The notes beneath the pieces are model-generated. The model did not search any database. It was not told the DNA's origin and saw only the letters and a list, made by a program, of their open reading frames with translations. A stretch of DNA of 64,000 nucleotides from Candidatus Poribacteria bacterium (GTDB lineage Bacteria > Poribacteria > WGA-4E > PCPOR2b): contig OZ240245.1 of assembly GCA_965198175.1 (NCBI GenBank), forward strand, positions 3,872,001 to 3,936,000. Reading direction: 5' to 3'. Position 1 is the stretch's first letter; each line of letters begins with the position of its first letter. Positions 19,841 to 29,501 of this stretch are shown piece after piece. A program made the position numbers and the translations under genes.

Positions 19841-20003
19841 AGGTATTCATGCACAGATTCGCACTTCTATCCGTGAATGCGTGGCAACGAGAACACGTAC
19901 ACAACGAAGGCCCCCGCGTCAGCGTTTAACTACAAGAGCTGAAGCGCGGAGAAGTGAGAGTAAACGGATTGACGAACCTCAAATCCAATTGTGCGTGATA
20001 CCT
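19841..20003 (+). ncRNA. Candidate structured ncRNA or leader RNA (~160 nt, family unassigned)
   Basis: 5' AGGTATTCATGCACA pairs with 3' TGTGCGTGATACCT, enclosing four more stems. Lies directly after a promoter in an intergenic gap. Confidence 0.5.
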
Positions 20004-20139
20004 AATGCAGATTGAAATGTGTCGGCTCATGTTAATCCATCCCGTAACAGAAACCGAGTTTATGGCAAAACATCGTTTTCTCTTCGCGCTCTACACTCTC
20101 GTTTCACACAAGCCAATGTGTGTTCTCAAATCCTCTCCG

Positions 20140-21993
20140 ATGCGACATCTACTTCTCACGCCTCTCCTCACGTTTTCGTTTTTAACAATCCCACTTATTG
20201 CGCTCAGCGATGCGGACAATACCGATTCTTCCACCCCTATCAACTCCGAACCGCGTTATTTGATTCGCCAAATCACGTTTGAAGGCAACGAATACCTCAA
20301 TCGCAAACAGTTGGCGCAGCGCATTGGTGTTGAGGCAGGCCAGCCGTATGACAAAGAGGAAGTCATCGAAGGACTGGATCGCATCACCGCAGAATACAGG
20401 AAGAATGGATTCATTTCTGTGGTGATCCGCCCGGAAGTTAATGTAATTTCAGCCGATCAGGTACGAATCCGCATTCACATTGACGAGGGGGCGCAAGCCC
20501 GCACCGGTGAAATTACGATTGACGGGGTTCAACTGTTTTCCGTTCGCGATCTGCGACGAGAGCTTCGTCTCGGCAAAGGAGCCTCATTTAGCCATACCGC
20601 TCTGGAACAAGGTATTGAACGCATCTTAGCCTTGTACAGCGAGCACGGTTATCCGAAAGTTGAGATTCGCCCGATCGATTTTCATCTATCGCCCGAGGAC
20701 GGGACGATAGATTTTCATCTCCAAATCCGTGAAGGTGATTTGATTCGGATCGGCGAGGTAAAGTTGAGCGGCTTAAAGAAGACAAAGGCAGATGTCGTTC
20801 GCCGCGAGCTGCCGATTCAAGCCGGGGAGGTGTTTAATCAGCGCAGAATCGATCAAAGCTTTCACCGACTGGTAAACATCGGCTACTTCTACGAAGTGAG
20901 TCCAGCTGTGCTAGAGCCGGGAAACGCTTCGGACGAAATCATCTTTAACGCGCACCTCACAGAAGCACGGACGGGCAGATTTAGCGGTGTAATCGGTTAC
21001 GCCCCACCGACCTCTCAATTTGAAAACGCCCCCCAACTGACCGGCGTGATAGAAGCTAGTGAAACAAACCTTCTCGGCACGGGCAGACGGGCGAATGTTT
21101 TTTGGAAATCCGGCTTGCTCTCAACCCTCCAGATCGGATATGAGGAACCGTGGCCCTTCGGAAAACCGTTCAAAATCGGGGTTGAATTCAGCCGGTTGAA
21201 ACAGAGGAATCAGTTTACAGACGCAGAATCTAAAGAGCAATCGACCAGCATAATCGTCGGAACGCGCTTTCGCAGTTTATTTGAGGGGTCTCTGGCACTC
21301 TCGTACAAACAGATTGAACTGCCAACCCTCGCCGCTCCCTTCACGCCTTTGAACCCAACCGATCCATTTTCCCAATTAGGTGCGTCAGTTCAGTCGCAGG
21401 GCGAGCCGCATAACACCACAGATGAAGAGGACCTCGTTTTCGGAGAGAACGGCGTGAAATACGGGGTAACTTTGAGTCTGGCACGTGATAGCAGGGATTA
21501 CTTCCTGAATCCGACACATGGTCGCCGCGATTACATCGCTTTTGAATTTTCACGTGGAGACTTTAAGCTCCGCAAACTGTGGTTGGATTTCCAGCAGTAT
21601 TTCCCGACGTGGCGCAAGCAGGTCATCGCCATCGGCTTGCACGGGGCGGCAGCGTGGGGCGCGAAAATCCCACCGACGGAACTTTTCTATCTGGGCGGCG
21701 CGAACACACTGCGCGGTTACGACGAGGATTGGTTCTCCGGTCCACGCCGTATACACGCCAATATCGAGTATCGGTTTATCACTGGGCGAACCTCACAGAT
21801 TTTCGCATTTGTCGATCTCGGCTCGGTGACGGACATCGAACAGCCGAGGAAGCTAGACCCCCTGCGCGTCGGCTACGGTTTCGGAATGCGACTAGAATCA
21901 AAAGGCGGCGCCCTCCGTATGGACTACGGACTGGCTGAGGGAAGTTCGGCGCTGCAAGGGAAGATTCATGTGAACTTGGGCACCACTTTTTAG
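20140..21993 (+). CDS. Omp85/BamA-TamA family outer-membrane protein with POTRA domains
   Basis: Signal peptide, three POTRA-like repeats (I.FEGN, Y...GF/GY), ETNLLGTG, LGGANTLRGY, terminal Phe. Confidence 0.88.
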   Translation: MRHLLLTPLLTFSFLTIPLIALSDADNTDSSTPINSEPRYLIRQITFEGNEYLNRKQLAQRIGVEAGQPYDKEEVIEGLDRITAEYRKNGFISVVIRPEVNVISADQVRIRIHIDEGAQARTGEITIDGVQLFSVRDLRRELRLGKGASFSHTALEQGIERILALYSEHGYPKVEIRPIDFHLSPEDGTIDFHLQIREGDLIRIGEVKLSGLKKTKADVVRRELPIQAGEVFNQRRIDQSFHRLVNIGYFYEVSPAVLEPGNASDEIIFNAHLTEARTGRFSGVIGYAPPTSQFENAPQLTGVIEASETNLLGTGRRANVFWKSGLLSTLQIGYEEPWPFGKPFKIGVEFSRLKQRNQFTDAESKEQSTSIIVGTRFRSLFEGSLALSYKQIELPTLAAPFTPLNPTDPFSQLGASVQSQGEPHNTTDEEDLVFGENGVKYGVTLSLARDSRDYFLNPTHGRRDYIAFEFSRGDFKLRKLWLDFQQYFPTWRKQVIAIGLHGAAAWGAKIPPTELFYLGGANTLRGYDEDWFSGPRRIHANIEYRFITGRTSQIFAFVDLGSVTDIEQPRKLDPLRVGYGFGMRLESKGGALRMDYGLAEGSSALQGKIHVNLGTTF

Positions 21994-22041
21994 CTGTCGA
22001 TTGACGGAAGGGGCGATTTGCGATAAGTCCCAATCTGTTCC

Positions 22042-22992
22042 TCAACGAGCAATGCGAAATCCGATAATAAACTCAGCGTAGTCCACACTGAAATAGTCGA
22101 AACTGGTGCAGGTGCTAGCATCGTGATTGTAGTACCACGCCCCACCACAGACGACGCGAAAATGCCGATCTTCCTCGTCGTACCAAGTGTCCGTCCATTC
22201 CCAGACATTGCCCATCATATCATAGCAACCCACGGGGCTGACGCCTTCGGGAAATGCACCCACCGGCGTTGTCCCACCCGCACTGAGTTCCGCTGTGTTG
22301 CAACGCGGCTTATCAATTTCGTCACCCCACGGAAAGCGGCGTCCGTCGTCTCCACGGGCAGCTCGCGTCCACTCTTCAAAAGTCGGCAGTCTACAGCCGG
22401 TCCATTCAGCGTAAGCCTCCGCATCTTCGACGTTCACCCATACGACGGGATGATCCCCCTTCTTCTCAGGATACGCATCGCCCTCCCACGATTGCGGCGA
22501 GGGATGTCCTGTTTCTCGAACGAACCGTTGGTATTGGGCGTTCGTGACGGGGTAACGACCAATCTGAAACAGACCCACCGGTAGCGGCGTCAACTCATCA
22601 CCAATGAAGACCGATCCGGCTGGAACGTCGACCATCGCGTCCAACACTTGAAGCGCTGCTTCGCGTATACGACCGTCCGACGAATCGAGCGCATGTCCTA
22701 ACGGCGAAATGATCTCTCCGATCGGCGGGGTCATGAGATCTTGGGATTTTTCCCAACCCAAATCCGCCGTCAACAGCGTTCGAACTGCGTCTGACAGCGA
22801 CGCATCAAGATGCCCCCGCCAATATCGCGTGATGAGAAGCTCTAACGCCTCCGGATCATCACATTCAGCGAGTGACAATCTGGTTCGGTTCCGGTCATCC
22901 CATTCAACACCATCCGGCGTTTTGAGCTTTATGAGTTTCCCATCTGCCAAAATTGGTTCACCTTTCGAACATCGGTTCAGTCTGAATTTCAT
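22042..22992 (-). CDS. FGE-sulfatase (SUMF1/EgtB) family protein with N-terminal helical region
   Basis: RYPVTNAQY, HPVVWV, RLPTFEEW..AARG, FPWG, DMMGNVWEW, GFR. Confidence 0.85.
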   Translation of the reverse strand: MKFRLNRCSKGEPILADGKLIKLKTPDGVEWDDRNRTRLSLAECDDPEALELLITRYWRGHLDASLSDAVRTLLTADLGWEKSQDLMTPPIGEIISPLGHALDSSDGRIREAALQVLDAMVDVPAGSVFIGDELTPLPVGLFQIGRYPVTNAQYQRFVRETGHPSPQSWEGDAYPEKKGDHPVVWVNVEDAEAYAEWTGCRLPTFEEWTRAARGDDGRRFPWGDEIDKPRCNTAELSAGGTTPVGAFPEGVSPVGCYDMMGNVWEWTDTWYDEEDRHFRVVCGGAWYYNHDASTCTSFDYFSVDYAEFIIGFRIAR

Positions 22993-23154
22993 GAATCCTG
23001 TTGATAGACCCCCTCTCGCTCCCCCTTGGCAAGGGGGAGAATACCGCGAATCCATACCAACGGAATTACAGTACCTCTTTTCAACGATAGCGATGTGTAG
23101 TCGGGAGAAACCGAGTTTTTTCGGAAACACTCGGTTTCTCTGCCTGCCTACGAT

Positions 23155-24828
23155 TCAGCCCACTACCTTCTGAGGTCTCCGTCGCGGTCCATTCAGAAGT
23201 GTGCCGACAGGCGTATATCGCACCAAATACTCGTAAGTCACCAATAAAATTGCCGTGGTTACGATACATAACAGGCTGAACTTTAGAAGCGCCGGAAGTT
23301 GCCAAGGTCTTATTAACCCTTGCGCCAAGACGATTAAGGGGAGGTGCGCCAGATATAGCCAGTAGGAAGAATCCGAGACGTATCGCCACACCGCGCTCCC
23401 TTTTACCACCAACTGACGAAACGCCCCCATCAAGGAAAACACCATCATCCAAGCGAACAGCGGCTGCGCGACGACTGAGATGACATGATTTGGCGCTGAT
23501 GGAAACGGCGACCAGCCGAAAACTAAACCGATGGGAGACACAATTAACAGGACTACGGGCAGCGTGAACGCCCACCTTTTGCCGACTTTGCCCACGTCGT
23601 CGTTGCAATCGTAGTAGAGGGCGCCGAAGAAAAAGAAGAGGGCGTAATAAAGGAGCATATGCGGCTTGGGCAAAATGTTTGCTGAAAGGTCGGGACCGAA
23701 GTGCGGGAGTTCGCCTCTATTTCCCATAAACCATTGCGGCAGCATCGTCAGTGGAATGAGCCACAGATAGCGGCTCCAAGGGAGAATGACTTTTTGAAAC
23801 CGACGTGCCCATCCCATCCGGTTGGCGACGGTTGTGAATAAGGCGAAGGCGACCACAAACCAGCAGAGATACCAGAGGAACCAGAGGTGTGCGAGTATCT
23901 CGCTTCTAGTAAGGAAAAACCACACCCATGTCCTGATCGAAATCGCGCCCTTCGTTTTCACCTCATCGCTATCTGATCGTTGTATCTCCTGTTCTTGGAA
24001 AAGCTCGACAACCTGTACTCTGCCGGCTTTCACATCTTTCGAGTCCAGTGATATTTGTAACACCCCTGCGATTGCCTCTACATCCTTCCATGCTGCCTGC
24101 GCGCTGTCCAGCGGCGTGTCGCCGTTATATGTCTTTGCACTGATATCTGCACCGTTTTCAAGCAGCAATTGCGCAACCTCAAGCTGTCCCATAAAGGCAG
24201 CTGCGTGCAGCGGCGTCGCTCCGTCTCTATTTTTCGCGTTCACGTCAGCCCGTGCTTCGATGAGGAGTTCCACAATTTCGGCCCTGCCCTCAAGGGCTGC
24301 CCACGACAGAGCTGTAACGCCAAAACTCGGATCCCTAGCATTGGGGCTTTCGCCGTTTGACAAGTAATGCTTGAGCGCTTCAATGTCTCCGGTTTTTGCT
24401 GCCTTCGAGAAATTAAGGCGCCGCCTTTCTGACGGCGAACTAAATTCTGTCGGGACAGTTGCGACCGAAAAACTGAAATTCGTCGCAGCGGCAAAGAAAC
24501 TCAGTTGCGTAACAGGAACGATTGTGAAGAGCCCCAATATAAATGGCAGGAGTACGCGACGAACCCGATGCCGCAAGAGCGACGCCAACCCTCTTTTTCG
24601 CCACAGCATCGCAGTGAAAAATCCGCTCATGACGAAGAAAACCGGCATTCGAAACCCGTGAATCAGACCAAAAACGATACCGAGTCCGGAGTTTCGTTGG
24701 GTATCTTGAACGAGCCAGGGCACATCACAAAACGACAGTGAAGCGTGCAAGACGATGCCTAAGAGCATGGCGACGGCACGCAAGGCATCAAGGTCGTGCC
24801 GCCGATCTGTAGGGGCTGAAGCATGCAT
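23155..24828 (-). CDS. Acyltransferase-3 (OpgC/MdoC-like) membrane protein with inserted ankyrin repeats
   Basis: RRHDLDALRA, FRMPVFFVMSGFF, HLWFLWYL, SYWLYLAH; ankyrin units GVTALSWAA, GATPLHAAA, GDTPLD. Confidence 0.88.
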   Translation of the reverse strand: MHASAPTDRRHDLDALRAVAMLLGIVLHASLSFCDVPWLVQDTQRNSGLGIVFGLIHGFRMPVFFVMSGFFTAMLWRKRGLASLLRHRVRRVLLPFILGLFTIVPVTQLSFFAAATNFSFSVATVPTEFSSPSERRRLNFSKAAKTGDIEALKHYLSNGESPNARDPSFGVTALSWAALEGRAEIVELLIEARADVNAKNRDGATPLHAAAFMGQLEVAQLLLENGADISAKTYNGDTPLDSAQAAWKDVEAIAGVLQISLDSKDVKAGRVQVVELFQEQEIQRSDSDEVKTKGAISIRTWVWFFLTRSEILAHLWFLWYLCWFVVAFALFTTVANRMGWARRFQKVILPWSRYLWLIPLTMLPQWFMGNRGELPHFGPDLSANILPKPHMLLYYALFFFFGALYYDCNDDVGKVGKRWAFTLPVVLLIVSPIGLVFGWSPFPSAPNHVISVVAQPLFAWMMVFSLMGAFRQLVVKGSAVWRYVSDSSYWLYLAHLPLIVLAQGLIRPWQLPALLKFSLLCIVTTAILLVTYEYLVRYTPVGTLLNGPRRRPQKVVG

Positions 24829-24879
24829 CCAACGAATTCCTTTCTGTCGAGAGTATTCACGTGAGGGATTAAGTATTCG

Positions 24880-25245
24880 GAAGACTATCGCCCTCGCTTT
24901 TCACTCGGTTGATTCTATGGGTTTCGCCTACGGCTCAACACAACCTACGTGTTTATAAACCTCCCCTAACCCCTCCTTAGTAAGGAGGGGAATGATGCTT
25001 CTGTACGGTTCTCATTCAACCGCTCGCCCGTAAGTCCATCGTAGTAGTCCTCCCCCTTACTAAGGGGAAGCGAGAGGGGGTCAGTAACGTATTGTCGGGA
25101 ATCGGAATTCCCTCCTACCGACAACTCGCGGTAGGAGCGATCTCCAAATCGCGATACACACTTTTTCACTTGTTCCGTTCAACACAATCTACGTTGTTAT
25201 AAACCTCCCCTAACCCCTCCTTAGTAAGGAGGGGAATGATGCTTT
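24880..25245. repeat. Cluster of REP-like palindromes, including a ~60-bp direct repeat
   Basis: TTATAAACCTCCCCTAACCCCTCCTTAGTAAGGAGGGGAATGATGCTT at ~24954 and ~25197, plus GTAG-type hairpins. Relatives occur near 23009, 38055, 54946 and 60986. Confidence 0.8.
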
Positions 25246-25345
25246 TGTCGCTTTCTAAGGCGAGCTCTCTCCTGAAAGCTCTGCCTATTCCTTCCCTTTT
25301 CTAACGAGGAGAATTGTTGCTCCCAATTGCGTGAAGGACCGGATG

Positions 25346-28300
25346 TTAGGGTGCGCCCTCTTGGTGGATTTCAGGATTTTCAATCACCAGCCATGTCACG
25401 AGTTCGAAGTCGGTTGTGCCGCTAACCTGATTGGTTACCAGAGGCAAGGCGCCGCGTCGACCTGATGTGAGATTGGCGAAGGCGCGATTCTTATAAGTAT
25501 GAGTGATAGACCTCACGGTTCTTTCAAGCAGACGGTTGTATTTGGACATATCGGCGCCGTTGGCTGTGCGCTCGTCGAACAGCGCACATAGCTCGTCATA
25601 CGGGCTATTTTTCGCCGCGCAGAGTTGGCGAAACATCTCAAGAATCTGTTTGGGATAGGCAAAGGAAAAGCGCACCTCGCCATCTTCTCGAACGTAGACG
25701 AGGAAATAGGGTTGGGTGGGATTCAGTTTTTCGTTTTCCTCAGATTTGCTTTTTTGCTGCAGGCAGAAGATGACGCCGGGTTGAATTATCGAGTCAGTTG
25801 GAGGTGCCGGCACGACCGCATATAGTCCGAAGGGCTCGTCTTCAAGTTTTTTCCGGTTGCTTTCGATGTATTTGATGAGTTCCATACGGAAATCGTCAAG
25901 CGTGAAGTCGTTTAAAGCGACACTGTCGTGAAATTCTTCAAGATCAAGGATTTCCTCCTGAAGTTTTAGCAGTTGTTGGTCGCGGTATTTGAGGTCGCCC
26001 GCAATAACGTCGTGGAGCGCGTCCGGATCAAGCAGGTTATCTCCCTGCGTGGCGGTGACATCCACCAACGCCATCCGCGCTTCAACGCGATTCTTCAGGT
26101 TAATGTAACGATTCAGGTCGTCGGTGGGCCAGAAATTGACCAAGTGAACACGCTCGTTGACGCTTCCGATCCGGTCAATCCGTCCGAACCGCTGAATGAT
26201 GCGCACCGGGTTCCAGTGAATGTCATAGTTAATCAGGTAGTCGCAGTCTTGGAGGTTCTGTCCTTCGGAGATACAGTCCGTGCCAATGAGCAGGTCAATT
26301 TCTTCGTCCTGAGGCATGTTACTGTCGTTTCCGCGATTCTTCGCAATGGGGGAGAAGTTAGTGAGGATGTCGATAAAATTGGTCTTGCCAAGGGTGGTTC
26401 TGTTGGTGCCTGATCCCGTCACCAGCCCGGTATGGATACGCAGTTCTGCCTGCGCCCATTTGTACAGGTGACTGTAGAGGTAGTCGGCAGTGTCCGCAAA
26501 AGCGGTGAATACGAGCACCTTGTGATTGAGCTGATCTCGCTTTGTGGTCGTCGGATATTTGACCTTTATGGCAATCAGTTCTTTGAGTTTCGCGAGTTTG
26601 GCATCGCGGGCGGGGTCGACTTTTACTGCCGACCGGTAGGGGCCCTCAAGTTGGTCTCTGTCATGTTTCAAATCCTCTAGCCACGTTTCAACATCCAAGT
26701 GTGCCATCTCATAGACTAGCTTCTTGCCAACCTGCATTGCCGCCTGTAGTTCCTCATCTTCGAAGGCTTCAATCTCAATATCGTCCATGTCTAGGTTAGG
26801 GTTTTCGGCGCGGAATTCCTGAAACCGCAGGATGCGGTTCTCTAACTCCTCAATCTTTGCAAGCGTACGTTCCAGCGTAATCTTAAAGGAGTGGACAGAG
26901 CTTTCCAAGCGTTTGAGAAAGTTCACCTTCATCATGCCGATTAGGTAATGCTCACGGCTCGCTTGTGTAAAGTGCCCGTCGGGATGGGCATCATACTTGG
27001 CTTTGTATTCAGCGAGCACGTATTTTGACGGATTGTACAAGGAAAGTTGATACTCGGAAATCTCCTCGTTCAGCGCGTCGTAAGACATAAACTCCCCTTC
27101 AAGATCGATCTCGGTATATATGGATTCGGGCTTACTGCGATCTGGGAAGCCTCCCAGATCGCGCAACGAGTCGGGATAGTGTTTTTTAATCTGCACCCGT
27201 GAACGGGCGATGGTCAACCCGTCAAGCAGCTTGAAGAAGTGTGTACTCAATTCTTCCAGCAAATTTTGACTGCTGCGCGTGCCATCCCGCTTTGCCCACT
27301 TGTTGAAGGCGGTTTGGGCGACTGTGATGGTTTCTCTCAGGTTGGCGACACCGAGCGATTCGTCGAAAGCATCTTCTCGTTCCTCTGTGAGAAAGTAAAG
27401 TTGGTTCCGCAGATCTCTTAAGTCGTTGTTGACCGGCGTCGCGGACAGCAGCAGCATCTTGGTTTTTACGCCGCTCTTGACAATGTCCTCCATCAACCGC
27501 TCGTAGCGAGATCGGCTAATTGTAACCCCGTCCTCGTCCTTCTTTCCACGGGTGTTGTTGCGAAAATTGTGCGACTCATCAATGACGACCAGACCGTAGT
27601 TTCCCCAGTTGAACGACGAGAGGTCAATATCGCCCGACATACCACTGTTCCGGCTCAAATCGGTGTGCGACAGCACGGTGTACCCATAGCGGTCGTCCGG
27701 GAATGGATTGAGTTTGTTTCCTGTGTGCGCTTGGTAAACCGTCCAGTTCTCGCGCAGTTTCTTTGGGCACAGCACAAGCACGCGGTCGTTACGGAGTTCA
27801 AAGTATTTTATCACCGCCAGCGCCTCGTAAGTCTTGCCTAAGCCGACGCTGTCGGCGATGATACAGCCGTTGTGCGTCAAGATTTTGTTGATTGCCCCCT
27901 TCACGCCGTCCTTTTGGAATTCATAGAGCGCACTCCAAATCTCCGTATCAACTAGTTGCTCGGATTCGTCCAGCAACCCCCTACTCTTCTGATCGCTCAG
28001 ATACCGGTCAAAGAGGTGAAAAAGCGTCTTGTAGTATATGAACTCTGGGTCATGATTCTGATAGAGCTGGTTAAGGTAGGACAACACCTCATCCTTTACA
28101 TCCTTCACCCGACTCTCATCATTCCAGAGCTCATCAAACCACAATTTCAGGTCGCTCCTGTCCCGGTCATCTGCCACTTTAAGATTGAGTTCAATGTTAC
28201 TACTCGCTTCACTTAGTCCCAAGCCTCTCACCGTAAAATTGGAGCTGCCGAGAATAGCGTTTTCCACGCCGTTCTTGGCAATATGGTACATTCTGCCGTG

Positions 28301-28672
28301 CAGCATATTTGACTCCTGAATCGACCGGACCTCCACTTTGTCCTTAATCCATTCAGCGCATTCCCGCGCCACCCATTTCAGTTGAAGCTGGTTCTCCAGC
28401 CGTAAACCGTTGCTATCAATGATGAAGGATTTCTTCTCTGTTTTGTCGGGGTCAAGCCCTGTGATGAATCGGGGTTCACCGAACAGAAAGCGAAGGTCAT
28501 TGATTTGATGCAGGGATGTTTTCAACGCCTCGAAAGCGTAAATCGTAAAGTAGGCTGAGACGATGGAGAGCGATGAACCGTTCTCGATCTGCGACTTCAG
28601 AAACTCGCCAACAGTTCCCCGCTCGCGGTTGTCGCGGATGCCTGACGAGGATGGTGAATTGTTTTCGGGCAT
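25346..28672 (-). CDS. SNF2-family helicase with N-terminal PLD-like nuclease domain (restriction-associated)
   Basis: SAYFTIYAF, LHGRMY...GSSNFT...NIELN (PLD); ADSVGLGKT, IDESHNFRN, LLSATPVNN, ISEGQNLQ, WNPVRIIQRFGRIDRIGS. Confidence 0.9.
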   Translation of the reverse strand: MPENNSPSSSGIRDNRERGTVGEFLKSQIENGSSLSIVSAYFTIYAFEALKTSLHQINDLRFLFGEPRFITGLDPDKTEKKSFIIDSNGLRLENQLQLKWVARECAEWIKDKVEVRSIQESNMLHGRMYHIAKNGVENAILGSSNFTVRGLGLSEASSNIELNLKVADDRDRSDLKLWFDELWNDESRVKDVKDEVLSYLNQLYQNHDPEFIYYKTLFHLFDRYLSDQKSRGLLDESEQLVDTEIWSALYEFQKDGVKGAINKILTHNGCIIADSVGLGKTYEALAVIKYFELRNDRVLVLCPKKLRENWTVYQAHTGNKLNPFPDDRYGYTVLSHTDLSRNSGMSGDIDLSSFNWGNYGLVVIDESHNFRNNTRGKKDEDGVTISRSRYERLMEDIVKSGVKTKMLLLSATPVNNDLRDLRNQLYFLTEEREDAFDESLGVANLRETITVAQTAFNKWAKRDGTRSSQNLLEELSTHFFKLLDGLTIARSRVQIKKHYPDSLRDLGGFPDRSKPESIYTEIDLEGEFMSYDALNEEISEYQLSLYNPSKYVLAEYKAKYDAHPDGHFTQASREHYLIGMMKVNFLKRLESSVHSFKITLERTLAKIEELENRILRFQEFRAENPNLDMDDIEIEAFEDEELQAAMQVGKKLVYEMAHLDVETWLEDLKHDRDQLEGPYRSAVKVDPARDAKLAKLKELIAIKVKYPTTTKRDQLNHKVLVFTAFADTADYLYSHLYKWAQAELRIHTGLVTGSGTNRTTLGKTNFIDILTNFSPIAKNRGNDSNMPQDEEIDLLIGTDCISEGQNLQDCDYLINYDIHWNPVRIIQRFGRIDRIGSVNERVHLVNFWPTDDLNRYINLKNRVEARMALVDVTATQGDNLLDPDALHDVIAGDLKYRDQQLLKLQEEILDLEEFHDSVALNDFTLDDFRMELIKYIESNRKKLEDEPFGLYAVVPAPPTDSIIQPGVIFCLQQKSKSEENEKLNPTQPYFLVYVREDGEVRFSFAYPKQILEMFRQLCAAKNSPYDELCALFDERTANGADMSKYNRLLERTVRSITHTYKNRAFANLTSGRRGALPLVTNQVSGTTDFELVTWLVIENPEIHQEGAP

Positions 28673-28804
28673 GATTTTCTCCTATAAGGCGGCGTCTTCT
28701 ATTTTGGACCCTATTTTCTAAATTGTCTGAACTGGGATTTACTGGATTTTTGGATTATCAGGATTTTTGGACGCATTTACTCTTATTCCTATATCGCTTA
28801 GCAC

Positions 28805-29047
28805 GTAGATTGGGTTGAACCGAATCAATGAAAAATGCAAAGGTTACCCTACGCTTTCGGGGTTCGATTCTGCTTGCAATCTTGGAAATCGTAGTATGTG
28901 TCGCTATTCGGAGATCGCTCCTACCCGTGTTGCCGGTAGGAGGGAATTCCGATTCCCAACAATACGTCACAATTCTTGTGTCGTAGAAGAGCGGGACTAC
29001 GGTTTGCCTCAGTATGTATTCGCGTTTAACTGTTCAACCCAACCTAC
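28805..29047. repeat. REP-like cluster containing an inverted copy of 25087-25162
   Basis: 28893-28967 is a near reverse complement of 25087-25162; flanked by GTAGATTGGGTTGA and CAACCCAACCTAC. Confidence 0.8.
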
Positions 29048-29199
29048 ACTGAACTGTACGCTTTTGGTGTGCGGTGCTTATCCTATACTCCTCCCGGGTG
29101 ATTTGGGTTCGTTTTGGCTTCGTTTCGCAAAAGTGGATATGGCGTTTTCATCGCGGCAATATCTGTTATTCATCCTCAACGGGACACGTTAGTCTATCA

Positions 29200-29325
29200 T
29201 TATTCATGCCTGCGGCGGCTCAACATCGTGACCATGTCTGCCGGCAACTGAACTCCAATTTCCCGCTCAAAGTCGGAGACGCCTTCAGAGTAGGAATGAA
29301 AGCCAGCGAAAATATCCCTCCCTAT
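29200..29325 (-). pseudogene. Orphan 3'-end remnant of a TPR gene
   Basis: Translates to IGRDIFAGFHSYSEGVSDFEREIGVQLPADMVTML, homologous to the C-termini of the two adjacent TPR proteins and followed by the same 3' flank. Confidence 0.75.
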
Positions 29326-29501
29326 GGAGAACTCTTTGCTGTCTGAATCGCGGATTGCCGCAGATTCTGAAGATGACACGGATAAAAAACGGCATTTCAG
29401 AAAGATTGGGTTCGTTTCGCAAAAATGAAGATTGCGTTTTCATCGCGGCAATTTCTCTTATTGATCGTCAACGGGACACGTTAGTCTGTCATCATTCACA
29501 C

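Noticed and set aside
24880..25245. Repeat cluster as a CRISPR array
   Set aside because: Only two long direct copies with irregular spacing, mixed palindrome families and no cas genes; this fits REP elements.
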